Under the pieces are notes generated by a model. That model had not been told where the DNA came from. It was given only the letters and a program-made list of their open reading frames with translations, and ran no database searches. From Nitrospirota bacterium (lineage in GTDB: Bacteria > Nitrospirota > UBA9217), in NCBI GenBank assembly GCA_963751455.1, contig CAVVUN010000002.1, positions 611,505 to 675,504 on the forward strand: a DNA stretch of 64,000 bases, read 5' to 3'. The position numbers were made by a program, and so were the translations under genes. Below, piece after piece: positions 39,087 to 45,129 of the stretch. Position 1 is the stretch's first letter. The number at the start of each line of letters is the position of its first letter.

Positions 39087-39884
39087 TTAATCGGCTGTTT
39101 TTAGTGGTTCGATAATCCTTTTCTGGATTCTCTTTGATACGTCCGCATCTATTTTTGCAACATCCATACGCTTCATTTCACGAAACAACTCACGTGAGGG
39201 ATATTTATTATTATGAAGAAGGCCTCTGTGAATTACGGATATAAGTGTGTTTTTATAAAAAATTAGCTGTAATCGGGGCATGGGAGACAAATCGTATAGC
39301 GTATTTTCATGAATAAAGTAGTCTTCGATCTCCTTGTCCTTTACAACGGACCAGTTTTGAAAAGCATATTTATCGAGGAGTTGTTGAAGTTCACTCTTCT
39401 GAATTGTAGTTTCTCTGCTGTCAAGCAACGCAGCCAATTCGGTTTCAGGAATACTACTTGCCTTTATATTGCCTTTGTGGGTACATATATGGTTGATGAC
39501 AACTCCGACCCGACCATTATTTTCTCCTATATCCCAATCAGCTTTAATATCTTCTAATGTCTTGCCGATAATCTGCCCTTGTTCATTCAATAGGTTGCTG
39601 TTCGCTCTCACCGCTCCGCTCTCAGCAATGTAGAAACGCTTCTCAACATAGCCAATAAACACGATAGAATACCAAACCTTGTCCAGGACATAGGGCGGGT
39701 ACATTTCAACTTCAACGTTGTTATTTAGTACCGCAATTACTTTTCCATTGGGCTTATCTCTTAAATTAGCAGGTCCGTCAATGACCTCTGCAAGGGCAAA
39801 TGATCCGTGAAAGAAGCAAACAAATGCAATTAGGATAATAAATGTTTTTGAACGGCTCAGTGACTTTCTTCGTTTGCAGGTCAT
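39087..39884 (-). CDS. Exported hypothetical protein with an SH3-like N-terminus (cassette 2)
   Basis: Signal peptide, ANLRDKPNGKVI..L; low GC; bounded by attC sites. Confidence 0.7.
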   Translation of the reverse strand: MTCKRRKSLSRSKTFIILIAFVCFFHGSFALAEVIDGPANLRDKPNGKVIAVLNNNVEVEMYPPYVLDKVWYSIVFIGYVEKRFYIAESGAVRANSNLLNEQGQIIGKTLEDIKADWDIGENNGRVGVVINHICTHKGNIKASSIPETELAALLDSRETTIQKSELQQLLDKYAFQNWSVVKDKEIEDYFIHENTLYDLSPMPRLQLIFYKNTLISVIHRGLLHNNKYPSRELFREMKRMDVAKIDADVSKRIQKRIIEPLKTAD

Positions 39885-39901
39885 TATATTATGCCTTTGC
39901 A

Positions 39902-39961
39902 GACTAACGCGCGGGTGAGACGCGCGTCTCTTGCGCGTCGGTCTCGACCCGCTCGTTATCG
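39902..39961 (-). other. attC site (60 bp)
   Basis: Minus strand CGATAAC-GAGCGGGTCGAGAC...GTCTCACCCGCGC-GTTAGTC; overlaps the TAA of the cassette 1 gene. Confidence 0.88.
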
Positions 39962-40417
39962 TACCATTTGTTTTCGATATAAGAATCGCAGTTCAACATA
40001 GATCAGCAAACCTAATAAAAGAGAATTCAATAAATTTACTGCGTAGTCGATCATTAACCCCTGAGTTCGGAATTGCTCACGGGTCATCTCTTTGGCAATG
40101 ACCTTACTCATTTGTTGTTTTCTTACATCTTTCAGTAGGGGGGTAATTAACGGCCGTGCTGGTAATGAAATTAATAGCTGAGGAGTTCTCCAGCTTTTGC
40201 TAATTTCATCACGCTTGTTTTCCATATTGTGGTAGATTCTGGTTGCTTCGTCATTTGATTTGCCCGGATTTAGACTGGACTCTATCAAACCATCCGAGAC
40301 TATCTTGCCCATTTCGGTTCCAATTTGAACAGAAATATAATGGCCGATGAACGATGTAAGAACGAAATGAATTAGCGCAAGAGAAACCGTGATGATTATG
40401 ATTTTTTTATTTGTCAT
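39956..40417 (-). CDS. Hypothetical two-TM membrane protein (cassette 1)
   Basis: AAGGTG RBS just after the attI core; hydrophobic segments at both ends. Confidence 0.7.
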   Translation of the reverse strand: MTNKKIIIITVSLALIHFVLTSFIGHYISVQIGTEMGKIVSDGLIESSLNPGKSNDEATRIYHNMENKRDEISKSWRTPQLLISLPARPLITPLLKDVRKQQMSKVIAKEMTREQFRTQGLMIDYAVNLLNSLLLGLLIYVELRFLYRKQMVR

Positions 40418-40431
40418 ATATCACCTTCAGA

Positions 40432-40454
40432 AGATAACAAGTTATTATCTAAAC
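40432..40454 (-). other. Putative attI site
   Basis: Minus strand AGATAAT-AACTT-GTTATCT (7-5-7 simple site) with no attC palindrome upstream; the core matches the attC of cassette 1 at 6 of 7 positions. Confidence 0.7.
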
Positions 40455-40494
40455 GGAAGCAGCCATCTATATGTATATGGAACCGTATACAGGT

Positions 40495-40627
40495 GATGAT
40501 CTCGTAAAAAGTCGTCTCCCCGGTGAAAACCGGGGTCCAGTGGTTATCGAACTTATTGAAAAGACTGGATACCGGCGTTCGCCGGTATGACGAAATTGGG
40601 TGTTTTCTGACTTCTTACGAATGCATC
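40495..40627. mobile_element. MITE with GATG..TCGTAARAAGTC TIRs and 6-bp TSD
   Basis: ACAGGT on both sides; encloses the CGTC-family REP pair CGTCTCCCCGGTGAAAACCGGGGTCCAG / CTGGATACCGGCGTTCGCCGGTATGACG. Confidence 0.85.
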
Positions 40628-40704
40628 ACAGGTATATAGATTCATCTACCTGTATATGGCGACCTTATATATACAGGTATATGCTTTTCCGGTTGAGCAA
40701 AACG

Positions 40705-41052
40705 TCATGATCCATCTACATATATATGCTTTTCGAGAGGTGTACCGGCGATATTGCCATACCTTACAAACCAGAGTCTCTTCTCCGGATTCCACCTTCC
40801 GCCTGCTGTTTTAGCCTGGAACCGCATCGGCATGTCTGAAGCATTGATGTGGAGAGGAACAAGGGCGTCCGCAGCGTATTGCGGCGAAGACGGTGTCCAG
40901 TCGGTCCTCTCGACAACCAACTCGATTGTTTTCAGCCGCTGCCGGAATTTCGCATCATACCTGAAACGAACGCAGAGCAGGGCATCACCGTACTTTTTCG
41001 CCAGGCCTTTAGTGCCCGGCTGCCCCGGTTTGAGAATCAGCCGCGTTTTCAC
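40705..41052 (-). CDS. Small basic hypothetical protein upstream of attI
   Basis: GGAGG RBS with GTG start; LKPGQPGTK.L...YGD.L.CVR.RYD...R.KT.ELVV and GGRWNPEKRLW. Confidence 0.8.
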   Translation of the reverse strand: MKTRLILKPGQPGTKGLAKKYGDALLCVRFRYDAKFRQRLKTIELVVERTDWTPSSPQYAADALVPLHINASDMPMRFQAKTAGGRWNPEKRLWFVRYGNIAGTPLEKHIYVDGS

Positions 41053-41093
41053 TCAACCTCCGTAAAAAATGGTACTCGGTTCGGCCACGACTA

Positions 41094-41930
41094 CTATACA
41101 GAACAGACTTCAAATAATCTCGCTGTTCTCTCAGCTTTACCGCTTGTTTCTGATTCGCATGTGACGGTTCCTTTTTTAATGTGATACTCAATCTTACGAG
41201 AAACGCAAAAATCCATGACCTGCCGGCTCAGTTCGTTATAGAAGGATTTATATTCCGGATATTTTGTGACCATCGCATTGTAGTTCAATCTTCCGAAAAT
41301 AATCTTGTCAACGAACGAGACAATTTTCAAAATATCGTAAAAATTCTGGCTCACTATGTTCGGCGTAGGGTAGGGCTCAATACTTACCCATGTTTTGATG
41401 CCCTTTTTGTGCAACTTATAGAGGCTGTCGATACGGTCCTCATATCGCGCTGATCCTGGCTCGTATTTTTTTCTGAAATCTTCATTAAGTGAAACCAATG
41501 TGATTCCGAATTCGTTTTTCTTGCTTAAGGATGTGAGGTCCAACGGCAGCGTCCCTTTTGTCAACGCAGTACATCTGATATCCGCATCATTAAGCATTGT
41601 TATGAGCTGGACGCTTAAGTCCGATATTTCCTGGTAACCGTGCATAAACGGATCGGTGCTGAAGCATAAATGCACGAACTTTATCTTGTCCCTGGTTTTA
41701 GGAATTTCCTTTCTGAGCAAATCCACGGCGTTGCCGACTATCTTTGGCTCGATCCATTCTTCATAGCTTTTCACTCTGCCGAACCTTTTGGCCATCATCA
41801 TGGCGTAACATGGGTACAAGCAACCATGAGAACAGCCTTCCACGTGGTTGATGGTATAGTCTCCATATTCAACAGCGGTTTTATAAAGAAGCGATTTCCG
41901 GGTTATAGTGGCGGCGCACCTGTTTCGCAT
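41094..41930 (-). CDS. SplB/COG1533-like radical SAM protein
   Basis: INHVEGCSHGCLYPCYA, FSTDPF, LTKG, EPG....R...L..L...GI.TWVSIEP. Confidence 0.85.
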   Translation of the reverse strand: MRNRCAATITRKSLLYKTAVEYGDYTINHVEGCSHGCLYPCYAMMMAKRFGRVKSYEEWIEPKIVGNAVDLLRKEIPKTRDKIKFVHLCFSTDPFMHGYQEISDLSVQLITMLNDADIRCTALTKGTLPLDLTSLSKKNEFGITLVSLNEDFRKKYEPGSARYEDRIDSLYKLHKKGIKTWVSIEPYPTPNIVSQNFYDILKIVSFVDKIIFGRLNYNAMVTKYPEYKSFYNELSRQVMDFCVSRKIEYHIKKGTVTCESETSGKAERTARLFEVCSV

Positions 41931-41945
41931 ACCTAAATCTTTCTC

Positions 41946-42131
41946 CTAACCCGGACAAGCCGGAACCAAAACCGTTGAACCGCCAGGGCGCAATGGTCGC
42001 TAGGAAGGCGCTCAAACCAAATACTGGATTTTTAATATCAAAAACGTTTTCCGGTTTCCTCGCGTCCCTCGCGTCTTCGCGGTAAATATTTTGTTGCCTT
42101 TTAGAGAAGATTTTCACTCGTAACTGAGTAA
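41946..42131. repeat. Empty 9-mer palindromic element
   Basis: CTAACCCGGACAAGCCGGAACC...AACCGCCAGGGCGCAATGG...CCTCGCGTCTTCGCGGTAAATATT...GTAACTGAGTAA. Confidence 0.85.
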
Positions 42132-42475
42132 TTTTGTATTTGCCAGTGCTTGCCTTTTTGCACAACAACATATGCAGCTTCAATGATCTTCCGGAAATTC
42201 TCCTTTGTTCCCGCCCAGTCGACGAGGTCCACCTTGAACGGCAAATCGGATTCGGTGAACGCTTCTTTGAGTTCCATCAATATCGAAGCAGGCACAGGCT
42301 CGCTTCCGATTATCGCCAGGTCCAGGTCGGAGAACGGCTTGACTTTCCCGGTCACCCGGGAGCCAAAGGCCCACACCTCCCGGTCGGGGATGTGGCGGCG
42401 CAGGATGTCCTGCACGGTTTTGAGATCTGCGGGGGCTATCAATGCATTGCGCAAGGATGAGACGTCAAGCGTCAT
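42101..42475 (-). CDS. Minimal nucleotidyltransferase (MNT antitoxin type)
   Basis: VWAFGSRVTG....SDLDLAI, SDLPFKVDLVD. The C-terminus reads into the repeat element. Confidence 0.88.
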   Translation of the reverse strand: MTLDVSSLRNALIAPADLKTVQDILRRHIPDREVWAFGSRVTGKVKPFSDLDLAIIGSEPVPASILMELKEAFTESDLPFKVDLVDWAGTKENFRKIIEAAYVVVQKGKHWQIQNYSVTSENLL

Positions 42476-42597
42476 GGTATTCCTCCGTATAGGCGATCAG
42501 CTTATCATCGTTCATTATTTTCCGCAAGATGGAACTTTCCGAATCCTTACCGCGAGGTCGCGAGGGACGCCAGGAAAGCCTTGAGTGCGCAATCACA

Positions 42598-42974
42598 TCA
42601 CAGGTTATTTACCATTCGCTTGATGCCGTCTTCATGCGTGGCACGTGCCAGTTCAATATAAATCCAAGTTTGCAATCCTTCATCTTAAGATAGGTCAGCA
42701 ATTGAGCCTCATGTATCGGGAGAAGCCGTTCCACGGTCTTGTGTTCGACAATTACGCAGTCATCGACGATCATGTCGATTCGGTATCCCGCTTCAATGGA
42801 GACACCTCTGTACAGAATCGGTAGGACCACTTCACACATCACCTGTGAGCCTTCCTGTTTCAGGTCATATTCCATGGATCTCTGATACGCTGATTCGAAC
42901 AAACCCGGTCCCAAGGCGGTGTGCACTCTCATGGCTGCGGCAACGATTTTACCAGCGACTGTTTCAATGTCCAT
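42598..42974 (-). pseudogene. GxxExxY protein (PD-(D/E)XK nuclease fold), one-base frameshift near the C-terminus
   Basis: VHTALGPGLFESAY, YRIDMIV...VEHK, HEAQLLTYLK. The usual DGIKRMVN tail is in the adjacent frame (shift at about 42631). Confidence 0.88.
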
Positions 42975-43060
42975 CGGCCCTGATCCCTTCCGGACTTCCT
43001 CGCGTCCCTCGCGCCTTCGCGGTTCCGAAGTTTTAATCCGGGTGTTTCCCGGGAAGTTAA

Positions 43061-43648
43061 TCATTTGTACTTCCTCACCACCGCCGTCACGACCCCGGCG
43101 ATCTTGAGTTCGTTCTTCGGCTTGATCGGCTTGTACTTCGGGTTCGCCGGCAGGAGCGTGACGCTGTCGCCCCGTTTTCTCAAAAATTTCATGGTCCACT
43201 GGCCGTCCACTTCCGCGATCACGATGTCGCCGCTCTTGGGCGTCTGCCCCTTGTCCACGATCACCATGTCCCCGGGAAGCACACCCGCGCCGGACATGGA
43301 ATCGCCGCTTACTTTGAGAAGGAATGTGGCTTCACGGTTCTGGATCAACAACTCGTCAAGCGAGAGCGTGTCCACGAGCTCTTCTTCGGCCGGGCTCGGA
43401 AATCCGGCCTCCACCGTGCCCAGGACCCGCACAGCAGAGCTGATCGAGCCGGGGATAAGCCTGCCTTTCGTGTCTTTTTTGAGGACCTTGAGCTCTTCGA
43501 GCCTCTGTACCAGTTTGAAGACTGCGTTCTTGGAGCGGAGTCCCGTCATCTCAGCAATCTCGGAAAAGCTGGGCATTCTCCCGTTTTTATTGTAAAACCG
43601 GGCAATGGCCCTGGAGCGCATTGTGTCGTCGGAAAGTGTTCGTGCCAT
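43061..43648 (-). CDS. lexA: LexA-family repressor (HTH plus S24 peptidase)
   Basis: MPSFSEIAEM.GL.SK HTH, V.AGFPSPA cleavage site, VSGDSM (Ser), TMK (Lys), PANPKY. Confidence 0.92.
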   Translation of the reverse strand: MARTLSDDTMRSRAIARFYNKNGRMPSFSEIAEMTGLRSKNAVFKLVQRLEELKVLKKDTKGRLIPGSISSAVRVLGTVEAGFPSPAEEELVDTLSLDELLIQNREATFLLKVSGDSMSGAGVLPGDMVIVDKGQTPKSGDIVIAEVDGQWTMKFLRKRGDSVTLLPANPKYKPIKPKNELKIAGVVTAVVRKYK

Positions 43649-43655
43649 GGTTGGT

Positions 43656-43684
43656 ATTATAGGTGAACGTACGTTCACTGTCAA
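43656..43684 (-). promoter_or_regulatory. Consensus sigma70 promoter with a LexA operator in the spacer
   Basis: TTGACA-17-TATAAT. The spacer holds the perfect palindrome GTGAACGTACGTTCAC (GAAC-N4-GTTC). ATG lies 7 nt after the -10. Confidence 0.9.
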
Positions 43685-43797
43685 GAGAATATATGGACCA
43701 AGCCATCCGTGATGGCGTAATTTAGGCGACGGCAATTCAAAGACAAAGGAAAAGCAATTTCGCGCAAAGCCGCAAAGTCGCAAAAATTGTTCATAAT

Positions 43798-43974
43798 CCT
43801 GAAAACGGCAGTTGGACGCAGATGAACGCAGATTTTCGCAGATAAAACCGGACATTCAGGTGTAAAGTAGCTTCACCACAAGGGTGAGCTTTTTTCAGTT
43901 TCAGAAGTATTTTTTTATCCAGTTTTTATCCGCGTTTATCCGATCTTATCTGCGTCCCAATCGCTCTTTTTAGG
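43798..43974. mobile_element. CCT...AGG MITE, copy 3
   Basis: CCTGAAAACGGCAG...CTTTTTAGG; ATAAT duplicated on both sides. Confidence 0.85.
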
Positions 43975-44045
43975 ATAATTAAATCTTCCCGGCTTATCCA
44001 TGTTGGAGCGAGTCTTAACTCAGGGACCAACATAAAATAAAGCTG

Positions 44046-44088
44046 TATGATGCTCATCATAGAAGGATGCCTGCCTTTGGTCTATACT
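44046..44088 (+). promoter_or_regulatory. Crp/Fnr-type box and -10 element (class II geometry)
   Basis: TATGAT-GCTC-ATCATA at 44046-44061; TATACT at 44083-44088. Confidence 0.6.
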
Positions 44089-44117
44089 GAAGGTACAGAA
44101 TCAGAGAGGAGGAGCGT

Positions 44118-44339
44118 ATGAACCAGCTTGATGTTACTACCGTAATACCGAGGGAGAGGCACCCGAAGATATTTCAGAAATTCGATGAACTGGAAAAAAG
44201 AGAAGGCTTCATCCTGGTCAACGATCATGACCCGAAGCCGCTGTACTACAGCTTCCTGCACGAACGGGAAGGGCAGTTCGAGTGGGAATATCTGGAGCAG
44301 GGACCCGAGGTGTGGAAGGTAAAAATAACGAAGAAGTGA
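44118..44339 (+). CDS. DUF2249 protein
   Basis: LDV..I.PRERH..IF..F..L...EGF.LVNDHDPKPL...YLEQGPEVW; AGGAGG RBS. Confidence 0.9.
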   Translation: MNQLDVTTVIPRERHPKIFQKFDELEKREGFILVNDHDPKPLYYSFLHEREGQFEWEYLEQGPEVWKVKITKK

Positions 44340-44348
44340 GAAGCTGCT

Positions 44349-44540
44349 ATGTTGGTTCCGAATATCGATTACGGTTTATGCAGGGGATGCGGCGGATGCG
44401 CGGAGACGTATCCGCTGCTCTTTGAGATGCGCGATGATAAGGCGTGGGTCATCAATCCCGAAAAATTCGACCCGGACCGGCACGACGGCGTTCTGACTAT
44501 TTGCCCTTATTACGCGATTACGCTTGAAGAGGGGCCGTAA
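44349..44540 (+). CDS. Single-cluster ferredoxin
   Basis: CRGCGGC....P..F and a distal CP..AI. Confidence 0.85.
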   Translation: MLVPNIDYGLCRGCGGCAETYPLLFEMRDDKAWVINPEKFDPDRHDGVLTICPYYAITLEEGP

Positions 44541-44604
44541 CCTTGTCTTTTGGGCAGCTCATCGCTTACGGCGGTGCAGAAGAAAAACAAGGATCGTGAA
44601 CATC

Positions 44605-44909
44605 CTAGTACAGCGTAAACTTAATTATTAAAGGTTCAACGCCGTCATTCCGGCGTGCTTTTCGCGGGTCAAACCAGAACCAATCAGATTGAACCGCGAG
44701 GGCGCAAAGGTCGCCAGGAAGGCGATACTTCTCTTACATATTACGGGAATTTCGCTTTCCTCGCGTTCCTCGCGACATCGCGGTAAATATTCTTTGCCGT
44801 TTTGAGATAAATTCTATTTGTAACTGACTACCGGAACCCGACTAATCATGCCGGGTGACGTGCAAGCAGAGGTGCAAAACTATCAAAAAACATTTTTACA
44901 GTGCACTAG
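44605..44909. repeat. Nested repeat block: CTAG-flanked element containing a CGTC-REP pair and a 9-mer palindromic element
   Basis: CTAG-TACAGCGTAAA...TTTACAGTGCA-CTAG; CGTCATTCCGG...CCGGGTGACG; inner element 44664-44830 ends GTAACTGACTA. Confidence 0.65.
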
Positions 44910-45113
44910 TGTAGTGTCTCTTAAATGGACGGTGTTATGATGATTTCATCGAAAACTTATCTTCGCATAAATATTTGCTGATGAATTTGTAGGGCGACCC
45001 TTTAGGGTTGCTGCTGTTCCAGCGCTTTCAGCAAGGCTAAAGCCTTGCCCTACAAGTTTGGCTGCGGCCTACTGCCGCGCTATGATAACACCAGTCGTTT
45101 GTGAGACACTACA
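44910..45113. mobile_element. TGTAGTGTCTC MITE, copy 2
   Basis: Perfect 11-bp TIR; CTAG on both sides. Confidence 0.92.
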
Positions 45114-45129
45114 CTAGAAGCTTATGGCT

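Noticed and set aside
40643-40680. CTGTATAT...ATACAG as an E. coli-type SOS box
   Set aside because: The spacing is far longer than CTGT-N8-ACAG, and the local LexA operator is GAAC-N4-GTTC.
41053-41950. Radical SAM gene as a further integron cassette (GTTAGG before, GCCGAAC after)
   Set aside because: No attC palindrome; the GTTAGG belongs to the end of the repeat element, and the gene lies upstream of attI.
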